A stretch of 63,249 nt of DNA, filler included, from Octopus bimaculoides (taxonomy: Eukaryota): assembly GCF_001194135.2 (NCBI RefSeq). It is 5 parts of 5 records of this genome, joined end to end, with 100 filler letters (N's around TTAATTAATTAA, not from the genome) between each part and the next. Parts side by side here need not be neighbours in the genome. Positions count along the whole stretch, not along the records: positions 1 to 19,878 come from NC_068991.1; positions 19,979 to 36,480 come from NC_068982.1; 3 more parts are not named here. One strand, 5' to 3'. This document shows positions 11,216-23,697 of this stretch, in pieces. The translations under genes and the position numbers were made by a program. The notes under the pieces are model-generated. The model saw only the letters and a program-made list of their open reading frames with translations, was not told the origin of the DNA and searched no databases. Positions within the stretch are counted from its first letter, which is position 1; every line of letters starts with the position of its first letter.

Positions 11216-12954
11216 CATAAAGGACATACTGGATAACGTGGTCCTGTGTTCACTGTGACTAAGAAACGACGGGCTTTTCCGGGAGAGTCTGCTTAGCATC
11301 AGCAACCAAGTGGAACTTTTCCTTTAAGGCTAAGCCTGCGATAAAAAGACAAAAACAAAAAAGCATTATTTGTTGCGTGACGATTGCCACATAGAAAATG
11401 TTTAGCACCTGGGTATTGGCGATTGTATAGCACACAGTTGAGATTGTTTTTTAACGTAATGCCACTTCAAATACACCGCTAATGTTTTTGTAAAAGCCTG
11501 CAACAGCGTAATGCCAATTTTCGGTCATTTCATTAGTTTATAATGTTTTTATGTTCAGGCAAAACGAAGCACATTTCAAGTTTGGTAGTCAACCAGAACC
11601 AGTTCACAATTAGACGTACTTACTCTGCTGTAATTTTTCTCTCTTTTATTTTTTAGTACGTTGTTAAAAAAATATAAAGAAGTTTAGCATGATCTTTGAA
11701 ATACAAGCGAAGCAATGTGGTAACTTACCACTGGTAAATGTTAGAAAATAATAAAAGAAGGCATGAACTCCATAAATCAGTGTTAATTATGATTCAGCTT
11801 GTAAAACTGTCAATCATCTTGCTTCATAGAACACAAACCACATTATTCATGTACATGGATTCATTAGCAAGGTGTCGGTAGCAGACGAAAGATATATAAA
11901 TACTCAACACAGAGGCTGACTATCCGCCGCGTCATATATGCATAGAAACAAACAGACAAACACTAAAGAACAAACGCTTTTACATACACATGCACACGGA
12001 TACACTCAGATAATTGCCAACATATATACACACACAAGCACATTGAGGCATATACATTCTAATATACAACGGCATAGTCAGACGTATCAACACATACACA
12101 GTCAGACTCATTCGTAAACATACATCCATCTTTTGCCTTTCATGATTTTTTTCGTCTTCATTTGCGCATGGCTGTGTGTCATTGTGACTTCATACATGTC
12201 TGAATGAATAAACTTCTAATTGTGTTATGCATATATGAGCACACACACACACGCACACCACATACACATACACACTCACACACACACAGACACACACACA
12301 CACACACACAACACATACACACGCACACACACACACACACACACACATCTCTCATACACACAGACATTCAGTCATTTTACCTGTGTGTATGTGTATNNNN
12401 NNNNNNNNNNNNNNNNNNNNNNNNNNNNNNNNNNNNNNNNNNNNNNNNNNNNNNNNNNNNNNNNNNNNNNNNNNNNNNNNNNNNNNNNNNNNNNNNNNNN
12501 NNNNNNNNNNNNNNNNNNNNNNNNNNNNNNNNNNNNNNNNNNNNNNNNNNNNNNNNNNNNNNNNNNNNNNNNNNNNNNNNNNNNNNNNNNNNNNNNNNNN
12601 NNNNNNNNNNNNNNNNNNNNNNNNNNNNNNNNNNNNNNNNNNNNNNNNNNNNNNNNNNNNNNNNNNNNNNNNNNNNNNNNNNNNNNNNNNNNNNNNNNNN
12701 NNNNNNNNNNNNNNNNNNNNNNNNNNNNNNNNNNNNNNNNNNNNNNNNNNNNNNNNNNNNNNNNNNNNNNNNNNNNNNNNNNNNNNNNNNNNNNNNNNNN
12801 NNNNNNNNNNNNNNNNNNNNNNNNNNNNNNNNNNNNNNNNNNNNNNNNNNNNNNNNNNNNNNNNNNNNNNNNNNNNNNNNNNNNNNNNNNNNNNNNNNNN
12901 NNNNNNNNNNNNNNNNNNNNNNNNNNNNNNNNNNNNNNNNNNNNNNNNNNNNNN

Positions 12955-13259
12955 CAGACCGGGCGTTGTGAATGTTTATTCAGCGAAAACACCTAAAGCT
13001 CCAAATGGCTCCGGCAGGCTGTGGTGTTGAACCCTGCTGGACTCTTTCACCACACCTTTCTCGCAGTCTTTCTTCCTGTTTCTATTGTACCTGTATTTCA
13101 AAGGGGTCATCCTTGACACATTCTGTGTCACGTTGAATCTCTCCGAGAACTACGTGTCTGTGGAGTGCTCAGCCACTGGCACGTTAATTTCGCGAGCAGG
13201 CTGTTCTGTTGATCGGATCAACTGGAACCCTCGTTGTCGCAACCGAAGACGGAATGCCA
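12955..13259 (+). mobile_element. Ceph-type SINE, head variant 2 (5' end in gap)
   Basis: CAGACCGGGCGTTGTG...GAAAACACCTAAAGCTCC...ACCCTGCTG.ACTCTTTCACCAC...TTGATCGGATCAACTGGAACCCTCGTTGTCG, as in 43231-43620. Confidence 0.9.
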
Positions 13260-13267
13260 CTATACCT

Positions 13268-13310
<43 letters not shown>

Positions 13311-13391
13311 TATATACAGAGAGAAGGAGTGATATGTCTCGAACCATATATCTATTTCTGTGTGCGTATGTGTGTGTTTGTGTGTGTGTGT

Positions 13392-13425
<34 letters not shown>

Positions 13426-13433
13426 TGTGTGTA

Positions 13434-13480
<47 letters not shown>

Positions 13481-13926
13481 GTGTGTGTTTTCAGGTACCT
13501 TGTTAACTGACGAATGATCGAGCTTAGACACTTAAAGGACTGATCCAATATGCCAAGAAATAGAACCAGGGTAATTCGGAAAGTAAAATCTTTCCTCAAA
13601 GAGGTTTACTTAATACTGAATTGTTATCTAAATGAGTTAACACAAAACCCTCGCTGATCTGCGATTCCACCTTTTATAACTCTTTGGGTCTATTTCCAAC
13701 GATATACACATATGTTGTATTTAAAGAAGAAATATATAGCATTATAGCACTTGCTTTATTATCAAGTACTCATGTGTCAGAATTCTCTGATAATTTTTTC
13801 AGGTACTCCTTTAATTTCAAATATCTCTCTTTGTTCATTCTGCAAAATTTATGTTCTATTATTTCTAGTCAAACAACAAAGTAAAAAAAAAAAGAAGCAG
13901 TTATAATGCAATTCATGGAGGTGTTC

Positions 13927-14222
13927 TGGCACGATGAACATTCCAGTTGATCCGATCAACGGAACAGATGGCTTGAGAAAATAACAAGCATATTGTTGTG
14001 CACTCTACAGACACGCGAACGCTTAACGTAATTCTGAAGGAGATTCAATGTTACACAGAATGTGGCTTGGCCGGCACTTTAAGCACAGGTACTACTCAGT
14101 TTTAGTAGATGAGTGGACGTGATCAACATGAAGTAAAGTGTTATGGACGAGAGCACAATGCGCCGCCTGGTATCTTACGATCATGAGCCGAATACCCTAA
14201 ACATTAAGGCACGCACCTTCAC
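13927..14222 (-). mobile_element. Ceph-type SINE, head variant 1
   Basis: TTCCAGTTGATCCGATCAACGGAACAG tail at left; head ...CATTAAGGCACGCACCTTCAC is the reverse complement of the 16051 head. Confidence 0.8.
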
Positions 14223-15424
14223 TCAGAGGGGTTCTAATAAGAACGAAACATGCCCAAAATTATTACTGTACTACTAAGTACCAGGTTAACATCCTGCAGT
14301 GTTTTATATTTATATGAAAATTAATGATTCTCATTAATTGCTTTCTTGAACATAATTAGTAATTTAGAAAACTATTGTAATTTTAATTAAAGGTTATTTT
14401 ATCTATTTCTGGTTGATTGCTCTAATTAAACACGAACACTCCCAAGCACACATATAGACACAGACACACATACACACTCAAACACACAAATATACGAAGG
14501 GTTTCCGTACAGTTTCCGTTTACTAAATTTGTTCACAAAGCTGACCCGGACACTTCTCCAAAATGTCGTGGCGTGGGAATGAACCACCCTCCTACGGGTG
14601 TGTGTGTGTATGTGCGTGCGTGTGTACGTGTATATATATATAAATGATATTTGTGTTACACAAGACTGACATAGCAAACGAATGCACCATTGAGCAGTCA
14701 CTCGAAATCCTAGAGGTAGCAGCCAAATTAGCCACTTGAAATATTAGATCACCTTAAAATATAGAACACGTTGGATAACGTAAGCCAGAAAATCCCCTAA
14801 AATGATATGATGGTAACAGGTAGTCCGCCTTGTGCCATGCATCGCTTCGTCATCATCATGTCCAGGACATTAGTGTTTTGTGCCCCAGAAGCTATAATGC
14901 CAATTACTCTGTTTCCATCGCGTATAAGTAAGTGAGATCAGAACATTACTGCTAAGCGTGATGCCAGTCCGACATAAAGTTTCGAAGTCGACTGGAGCAG
15001 CATGAAATGAAGTGATTTGCTGAAGAACACAAACGCGGCACACAGTCCCTAATAACTAGTGCACCTTTCTTTGACGGTACCTAAATATTTAGTATAACCC
15101 AACATGTACGCGATTCTTTATCAACTGAGAAAATTCCGAGATATTACATGTACATATCATAGATACACACATAGTTCGTTTCGAAATATCCCCAAGCATT
15201 TACCCCTAAAATTTTTACGATGTAAACCAGGCTTTACTCTCGAAGAAATAAAATCATATTTATTCACTAAAGCAACTATACCAGTAAATGATTTCACTTA
15301 AGGGAGAAACTACAAAAGGACTTGGCTCTAACAATCGGTATATCTTTGAGCATACACTACAATGAAGGTACCTAAACGTTAATTATAAACCAGTGATGCA
15401 CATTTTCGAGAAGTGGGCCGCATG

Positions 15425-15660
15425 AACAAACAAATACAAGTGTAAAAGTCGTTTCCTGAGTCATATAGATTCATCAGGCCTTTTACCCGGTTTCTGTGGC
15501 GTAGATATTACCCACTGGGCGGGACACCGGTCCGTAGTTAGAATACTAATAAATTCCAACTGAGTGGACGGGAGCAACGTGGAATGGAGTGCTTTCCTCA
15601 AGCACAGAACTCTTTGCCTGATCCAAGAATCGAAACCACAATCTTACGATCAGAGCTGCA
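15425..15660 (-). mobile_element. Degenerate tRNA-SINE inserted in the 290-bp array
   Basis: GAGTGGAC.GGAGCAACGTGGAAT..AGTG..TT.CTCAAG.ACA...ATCGAAACCACAATCTTACGATC is the reverse complement of the head shared with 123-240. Confidence 0.7.
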
Positions 15661-16050
15661 TGAGACATGGTTCATCATCAGGTGGGCCACGTTACTCAAA
15701 GAATTCAAAGTACTTTTTCATTCGGAGTGACATTTAGAAAGTCTAACGAGCTGCAATTTGCTCTTGACTGCTATAAACCATTGTGTACAGGAGTATTTAC
15801 GTACATAGAAAATACGGAGATATTTTTGCATATTTAGATCGTCACATGTTACATATACGTAAATGGCTTGATTCCAAGTAGACCTTTGCATTCACCCTTA
15901 TAAAAATTTTACTATGTAAACCACCATTTTGCTATCGAAATCTTCACCCCGTATTTATTCACTAAAGTCACTATTGTACTAAAGAGATCCGATTTTAAAG
16001 AAGCGCCCCTAAAAAGTTCTCACGGAACCTACTGGTTTACATCTGATGAA

Positions 16051-16374
16051 GTGAAGGCGCGTAGCTTCGTGGTTGGGTATTCAGCTTGCGATCGTAAATT
16101 TGTGAGTTCAATTCCCGGCGAGGTATTGTGTTCTTGAGCCAGACACTTTACTTCACATTGCTCCAGTCCACTCAGCTGGCAAAAACGAGTAGTACCTGTA
16201 TTTCAAAGGGCCAGCTTTGTCACACTGTATGTCACACTAAATCTCCTTGATAGCTACAGTAAGGGTACACTTGTCAGTGGAGTGCTCAGCCACTTGCCCG
16301 TTAATTTCACAAGCAGGCTGTTCTGTTGATCGCATCGACTGGAACCCTTGTTGTCGTAGCCGACAGAGAGCCAG
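16051..16374 (+). mobile_element. Full-length Ceph-type SINE, head variant 1
   Basis: GTGAAGGCGCGTAGCTTCGTGGTTGGGTATTC...GAGTTCAATTCCCGG head through GAACCCTTGTTGTCGTAGCCGACAGAGAGCC tail. Confidence 0.9.
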
Positions 16375-17228
16375 TTTTATACACATGTGATCATAGAGCA
16401 ATTAGCTCTCGGCTAAACGTTAATTATAAACCATTATGCACAAAATTCTTCACATGCATCGAAGATACCCAGGGTTTATTGTATATTCGTATCGTAGTTA
16501 CACACACAGTTTGTTTCGGAACATCTTATAATTACCCTTAACATTTTTACAATATAAACCAGCCTTTACTATCGAATAAATAACACCCTATTTATTCGTT
16601 AAAGTCACTATTTCACCAAGGAATTCAAAAGCTCTTCCATTATCATTTCATTCCATCCACAGAGGAAAGTATTATTCAAAGATGGTTAAGTATCGGCAAT
16701 AAGTATTTACAATTTAGTGAAATTCTAATCAATACATTCCGGAAATAATTCTCTGTAATCTATTTGCACGTGGAAATGAATAAGTTGTGCTGAATTAACT
16801 ACCACACAATACCATACCACATACCATATACCACTACACCACGCCGTCACCTTTGCTTTTACACACCTTTCTCCCTTCCTGTCTTAGTTTGTTTATTTGT
16901 GTGTATGCCTCTACATACAACCATATACATGTATGTGTGTAAACATATATGTACATAGGCACATATATTCATATACATACATGTGTGTATATATATATAT
17001 ATATATATGCAAGTACATACGTATATAAATAAATTTGTGTGTGTGATGTTGTATATATGTGTCTGACCATGTTTTAAATTAACTTCTACGGAATTGGTGA
17101 TTTATTACATTCGATCTCTCCATTGTGCCTGATTTCAAATTAACTCGTCCCGGCCAGAAGCGACAGATGTGTTTCCTGTTCATTGCTGTCACCAGTTCAC
17201 CTTACACACACACTCACACACACGCACG

Positions 17229-17275
<47 letters not shown>

Positions 17276-19715
17276 GCCTGCACATGTATACGAATGATTG
17301 TATATACCTTTTCATATATGTATAGTAGAGATATAATTAATGAAAATTACAAATCGTCTGATAACGAACTCAATACGTGTACTAATGTGAAATATTTACT
17401 TTTTACAACAAAATGTAATTGTTAGCAACACACACACACACACACACACACATGAATACTCTCTTGCACATGCACACACTTGTAAATACAAAGTAAATTC
17501 CAATCAGAAAGATATTCCAATACTGTGAGATTTGTTCTGGCGGAAAGAATCAAACCTGTACAGGCCTATCTCGGACAATAAAGAAGTCATTTTGCAATGA
17601 GGTACTTGTATTTTCCTCATTCAAAGACGATTCAATACTTTCTCTACTGTATGTGTGGCCTGCTCAAGAACTATAAGAAAACCCAAATATTCTGGTTTCA
17701 GGTGAACTTTCTATAATCAACTTATTGAAAAGGAAAGACTACATAGACAGGAAGATAAAAATAACAGAAAAGATTCCTAAAAGCAATTGGATACATAGAA
17801 GTACGGGTGAATTTATTACTGGTTAAGATCATGGGAGGTAGGGCCTCAGAATTTTGTCGTAATACATTTTCAAATTGCACGAAAAAGTAAACGATCATAG
17901 AACATTATGTTAAAGCTAATTCCTACCGTAATGAAGTTAAAACAGTAATGCTTGTACAACAGCAACAGCTTTACTAAATTTATGTATATTTTATGATTAA
18001 GTTTTACTTGTTTACAAAATAGGATTGCGGCCATTTCTGGGGCAGTCCCTTGACGGACTGAATCGAACATATCAACTATAGTATTTACTAATTTTAGTCT
18101 GGTATGTACTCCGTCAGTTTCGTTTATTGAAAAGCTCCGTTATGGGGACGTATACATACAAAAACATGTTTATAGGCAGTGCAAAAAGGAATATGAACTA
18201 CAAGAAGTACACAAAATCATACATAAACACATACATACATACATACATACATGCTTGTCTGTGTGTGTGTGTGTGTGTACGTGTGTGTGTGACTGAGTTT
18301 GGTAGGCGGAAAATGAAAGAAGCCCGTCCTATATATATACATACACACGCGCGCATACACACACACACATATATATATATATATTTATAAGTATATATAT
18401 ATGTACTTATATATATATATATATATANNNNNNNNNNNNNNNNNNNNNNNNNNNNNNNNNNNNNNNNNNNNNNNNNNNNNNNNNNNNNNNNNNNNNNNNN
18501 NNNNNNNNNNNNNNNNNNNNNNNNNNNNNNNNNNNNNNNNNNNNNNNNNNNNNNNNNNNNNNNNNNNNNNNNNNNNNNNNNNNNNNNNNNNNNNNNNNNN
18601 NNNNNNNNNNNNNNNNNNNNNNNNNNNNNNNNNNNNNNNNNNNNNNNNNNNNNNNNNNNNNNNNNNNNNNNNNNNNNNNNNNNNNNNNNNNNNNNNNNNN
18701 NNNNNNNNNGACACAGTAGTGTGTCGATAAGCCAGCTGGAGGAGATGTCCTCCTGGGGCTAAAAGCAACAGTAACATCCACCCCTAGGGGTCAGCCACAC
18801 TTAAGTGACAATATACTACACTATATATATATATATATATATATAAATATATACATACACATATATATATATATATACATACATACATATATACATACAC
18901 ATATACATACGTACATACATATATACATACTATATATATATATATAGTATGTATGGCCAAAATTTCGGGCCTTTTGCCTTGAGTAGAAAAGATTTTTGTA
19001 CTTTCGGTAGAAAAATCTTGTGGTATGTTGTGATAAGAGTGAAAGTTTTATTGTGTTAGTTTCACCTTTGGTGAAGCCTCCTATTTTTGGTGTGCTTTGG
19101 AGGAATATGATTCACTAGTGAAATGGCGGGCTGTTAGAAAAGCAAGTACGACATGACGGTTATGTCAAATCAACGCCTCATCCTTACCGCTATTGATTTT
19201 AATAATGCCATTCACCATTGGAATAAGCTTGAACATTTGAATTCAGCAAAATTTGAATCCCAAACACAAAGCATTTAATTTAAATACACACTGCATTGAA
19301 TTAAATGGTTAAATACTCTAAATGAGTTGCTGCTAATAAGATTATAAATTTACATATGAATATGTAAATATGAACTGCAGCGATGAAGTTAATAGTTATT
19401 CAAATTATAATGTTCGTCACAATGCATATACTTCAATATTACATTGTTTCAATTTTCTATTTCAATGGTTTTCACTTTAGAAACGAAGACAAAAGTAAGA
19501 TTTTCGTCCTTCTAAGGTAGCAGAAAATGCAGATTATTTAAAATGCTAACAAACGTGTACGATTGATGTTTCATTTGTTCATTAGAGACTTTAGAACAGG
19601 AAAATGCTTCATTGTTGTAATTGGGAACAGATAAAGATTCTAGTTTTGTTCCTAATTCAAATAATTGTCATTTGTTGTTATATTTCCTTTCCCTCACTTT
19701 GTTATTCGTTCGCAG

Positions 19716-19757
19716 GTCAGTACATACTCACATTCATCATGAAGAAACTATTCATCG
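19716..19757 (+). other. Candidate 42-nt exon carrying a start codon (MKKLFI, phase-1 donor); unconfirmed
   Basis: Long pyrimidine tract ending CGCAG, ATC-ATG context, donor G|GTAATT. No matching downstream exon found. Confidence 0.2.
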
Positions 19758-19878
19758 GTAATTCTCCAAAATCCTTATTTTAATTTGCCTAATCGGGGAA
19801 TTTTCTCTCAAAAATTTCTAATCCTCTAAATGAGGGTTACGTAAAACCGGGCTGCACCGCAATACCAGGCTGTACAAA

Positions 19879-19978
19879 NNNNNNNNNNNNNNNNNNNNNN
19901 NNNNNNNNNNNNNNNNNNNNNNTTAATTAATTAANNNNNNNNNNNNNNNNNNNNNNNNNNNNNNNNNNNNNNNNNNNN
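19879..19978. other. 100-bp scaffold-join spacer N44-TTAATTAATTAA-N44 (also 36481-36580, 56841-56940, 58951-59050)
   Basis: Identical geometry four times; the 12-mer gives stop codons in all six frames. Confidence 0.95.
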
Positions 19979-20029
19979 GACCAGCCCTCTATCTCAAAAT
20001 TTCAGGCCTTGTGTCTCAAATAGAAAGAA

Positions 20030-20069
20030 TTATTATTATTATTATTATTATTGTTATAATAATAGTAAA

Positions 20070-20135
<66 letters not shown>

Positions 20136-20170
20136 GATAGTAATAATAATAATAATTGTTGTTGTTATTA
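20030..20170. repeat. (ATT)n/(AAT)n microsatellite following a SINE tail (19979-20030)
   Basis: Direct reading. Confidence 0.9.
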
Positions 20171-20396
20171 TAATTTTATTTCGATTTTATTTCCATTTCT
20201 TGCCGAGTGTCTTCCTGACACCTAGGGCAAAGAAACTCGCTGAATGCATTGGTAGGTCGTTGAAACAAAGACAAAAGATTTCACATTTACAAAGTTTGGT
20301 TAACTTTTAAAAAAGTTAAGAAAGACAGAGAGGAAAAAGAAAGAAAGAAAAATCTTCTTCTTAGTATTAGTATTAGTATTATTATTACTAATATTA

Positions 20397-20905
20397 TTGA
20401 GTGAGAGAGCAGCGCATGCGATCAAAGTGATACTGGGATACAAATATACTCATCATAACTACTTGTCTGATAAGGGTACACCAGGCAAATGCAACACACC
20501 CTTATATGCACCACATGATGAGCTCATATTGAGATAAAGAGCACATGACCTTGCACTTAGAAATTTCTTCAGGCCAAAAGGTCTCTGAATAAGGGTGTTT
20601 CGAGGATGGTGAACAAAACACCCATGTTTCTGGAGGTGAATTATTCAAGCTCCAAATAATTCCTCTCAACACATGCCCATGATACTCCCCCACTACTTTA
20701 ACTCGTGATCAGAGATGCACACATCTTCAACCCCTACGGGATATGCTCAACTAGTTAAGGTCAAGCAACCGACAAACAAATCTATGGTATTCAACAGAAT
20801 GTAGCCCATCATTTTTACACCACAACAAACCATGTACATAATAACACTTTCAATCAGTTAATATCAAAAGCCATGAGAGCCACTGCCTGGTATTGCATCA
20901 GGGAA
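20397..20905 (-). mobile_element. ~510-bp SINE-like interspersed repeat (single copy in this window)
   Basis: Higher-GC, non-coding block ending CCACTGCCTGGTATTGCATCAGGG. I recall it as an abundant Octopus repeat, but the family is not verified. Confidence 0.55.
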
Positions 20906-20919
20906 AAATGCAAATTACA

Positions 20920-21100
20920 CGCCGAGCAAAATGCTTAGCAGCATTTTGATAGTTTAGCAGCATTTTGATAGTTTAGCATTCTGTGTTCCACTTTCACCGA
21001 GGTCGACTTCACCTTTCATCCTTTCGGGATCAATAAATTAAGTACCAATGAAACACTGCGGTCGTGTAATCGACTCTTCTCCTCCACCAGTAATTGCCTA
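20920..21100 (+). mobile_element. Meta-like SINE with an internal 19-bp tandem duplication
   Basis: Core CCTTTCATCCTTTCGGGATCAATAAATTAAGTACCA; TTAGCAGCATTTTGATAGT occurs twice. Confidence 0.85.
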
Positions 21101-22547
21101 CGTCGTTTCACATTATACACTTGAATTTCTGAGGCTCATTTTTACTGCAGTACTTCTCAGGTCAGTAATGTAAATAACAGTAAAATACTTGAGTCGATCT
21201 CATCGATCATACCACTCTTCAAATTTTGTGGACATGCGCCCAAATTAGGAATCAATGTTATGAATATTCGGATCAAAATGCCTTGCTATATTTTATTACG
21301 CCTCTTTAATTACTGTCTTCAAAGTTTCCGAGTTTTACTTTTGACTTTCGTTTATTTTCGATCGATAACGTAAATACCAGTGAAGCTATGATGCCATTGT
21401 AATCGATTATACTCTGACTATGAGGATTATTTAACGTAATTTAAACTCTATTTTGTATAGACTGGATTAAAGGAAATATACAGTATTTTGTTCATTTGCG
21501 TTCCATTACGATCTGATCTAACCGAAGCTAAAATCATCTCTTGCCCATCCGGGTTCTATAAGACAACTATCAGTTATTATTGAGGCGACTCCAATGTGCT
21601 CCTCTGCCAATATAAGAAATCATGCAGGATTTAAGAGAAGTTATCATCTTTGCCCTATGTGCGCATAAAATAAACTACAACATGAAATAAGGCCTTTTAT
21701 AACGTGGCAGAGAGAGTCATTTGAGGGAGATTTAGTTGCTATATCTTGAAGAATCAGTAAGGCTCCCTCGTTGATTTGTTTATAAGTCGCGTTGGAAATT
21801 ATCTCTTTCTCACTGATTCTTCTGACCAATCCACATTCAACCTGAAGCAACTGTTAATGCCTTATTTTCGAACTCAGTAAAATTGGAAACGGTAGTTTGG
21901 GTTGGATTGCATTTGGCTTTATTTCATTTTAGTTTCCTGAGATGAGGAGAATAGCAGTCTGGTATTGTTTCTAACCTACTACAACATCTGCAATTATAGT
22001 TCGACCTCACGATGTCACTTTGTGTAAGTGACTTTATCGTATCCTCAGACTGAGTAATGCCACCTGAGTGACATTTGGTCGAAAAATAGGCTTGGTATCA
22101 ATAACTGCTCCATTCAATTGCGATATAGGCTTCCGAAATTTTAATAGAAGCCTATCAAAATGTTGACATTCGTCAAAAATCACTAGATGTTCGTTAATGC
22201 TATTCACTATATTTCTCTTCCCCGCTATGAATAATGACATCAATCTCTGTTTTCCTTTATATTTGATCTTATCCAATTCCAGCCACCATATGCAATTAGG
22301 GAAGGCTCAAGAGTATTTCTTCACATTATGCATGAATGAAGCAATATAGTTGGATTTATTCTGTAATTCTGATGCAATTTTTGAATATCGACAGATGTGT
22401 TTCACTTCGGAGCGATAAATTTGACTCCATGAATTCGTATACCGATACCAGTGCTTAAGTATTTGGAGACTGTTTAAACAAACTGACAGATAGGTCTCAG
22501 TTCCTTATCTAGGTATACTGCAGGTTTGCATCATACATACATAGATA

Positions 22548-22787
22548 CGTAATACTTTCCAGAAGTTTATCATTTAAATATATATGAACATGTCCAGATA
22601 TTCAACTATAGGCATGATACATAAAACAAAGCATACGAATCTGCACATATACATACATTCCTATATACAAATAAAAATAACCATGTTGTTGATGTTGAAG
22701 TTCCAATGAAGAAGCCTTGGATGTAGGTTAGAAGCCGACTCTGTCTCTATAGGCAAGAAATCTTGAAATAAAACTGAATAATGAAAT
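22548..22787 (+). mobile_element. 5'-truncated 3' stub (ORF end + 3'UTR) of the R4/Dong-like LINE
   Basis: Collinear with 61130-61365; about 13 differences in the terminal ~105 nt by eye. Both end CTGAATAATGA followed by CATA/CA repeats. Confidence 0.85.
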
Positions 22788-22937
22788 ACATACATACATA
22801 CTCCATCTGAGATTGTTATGTGAATTTTGTTGAGGTTATTTCTCCAGAAGGTATAGCCAGCACTGAACTTTTGCTACAACGTTTTGTATCGAAACGTCAG
22901 ATGTAAACAAACAATGAGATCTGAGACAAAAATGGGT

Positions 22938-22991
22938 GATGAGTGTATATGGCATATTTCGGGGGCTTTTGCCCCTTCATCAGCACCAATC
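22938..22991 (-). ncRNA. Candidate minimal type I hammerhead ribozyme (Penelope-associated type)
   Basis: Minus strand: GAUUGGUG-CUGAUGA-AGGGGC-AAAA-GCCCCC-GAAA-UAU-GCC-AUA-UA/CACUCAUC. Core intact; stem I 7/8 pairs, stem II 5 GC pairs plus an A.C closing mismatch, 3-bp stem III. Confidence 0.6.
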
Positions 22992-23192
22992 TAACCTTCT
23001 CTTATCTGCGACCACATTGCACATATAGCTACTGTATCCAGAGATGTTAAGTTATTGGATATACCAATTTACATATCAAACGCATTCCTGGAACTGGCAT
23101 GTAATCATTAATGACTTGTAGATAGGTGGCATTTCGTTATGCAAACATAATATACTATAATTTCTGTAGAAATAATCTGAACAAAATAATGT

Positions 23193-23697
23193 AACAACAG
23201 TACTCAGAGAGCGCAAATCTCCGCTAAGGTAACACCAGCGTCCTCTCAACAATTAGCCGGAGATGATTTTTAAAATGAGAATAACTTAAATAAACTCGAC
23301 TGCTCTCACAAACAAGAATACTAAAAATGAGCACGACCGCGCTCAAAAGTTATGTAGAAAGACCGGAAGAATAATCCAGAATCCTTGTCCGGTATCGGAA
23401 CGACCCAAAAATCTAATTGGTTCGTGCCAGTCACAAGGCCAAGCATTCCTGAAAGTTTCATCCGAATCCATCCAGCGATTCCGGGGGTAGTATGGTTGCA
23501 AAACAGAAACTTAAAAGAATTGATGGAAGGGCACCACCGGAAGTGGAGCTTGCGGCTTAATTTTTGACTCAGCATGGGAAAACAAACAAAGAAACAAAGA
23601 AACACTCAAACAAACAAACAATCAATCAAATAAACAAACAAACAAGCAAACACGACTGGAAACAATACCTCCACCTTCGCTAATGCAGATGTAATAA
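23193..23697 (-). mobile_element. Non-autonomous Helentron-associated element (HINE/DINE-like)
   Basis: Minus 5' end TTATTACATCTGCATTAGCGAAGGTGGAGGTATTG (degenerate CCTCCGCC..GGCGGAGG hairpin), then a (TTTG)n tract, and a 3' end CCTTAGCGGAGATTTGCGCTCTCTGAGTACT. This is the layout I recall for aquatic-animal HINEs. Confidence 0.7.

Larger units (their letters stand above)
15076..16621. repeat. Diverged ~290-bp tandem array (3 near-complete units + 1 partial) interrupted by SINEs
   Basis: Recurring blocks GGTACCTAAA (15076, 15367), TATAAACCA, TTTTTAC.AT.TAAACCA and TATTTATTC(A/G)(C/T)TAAAG(T)CA(A)CTAT (about 15260, 15953, 16590). Confidence 0.75.

Noticed and set aside
11624-11730. Minus-strand exon-like unit (CTAAC branch point, CAG acceptor at 11731-11733, GTAAGT donors at 11728 and 11623)
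   Set aside because: Stops in all three frames and no supporting neighbour; could only be non-coding.
19731-19869. Minus-strand exon candidate with TTTGTACAG acceptor and GTGAGT donor
   Set aside because: All three frames contain stop codons.
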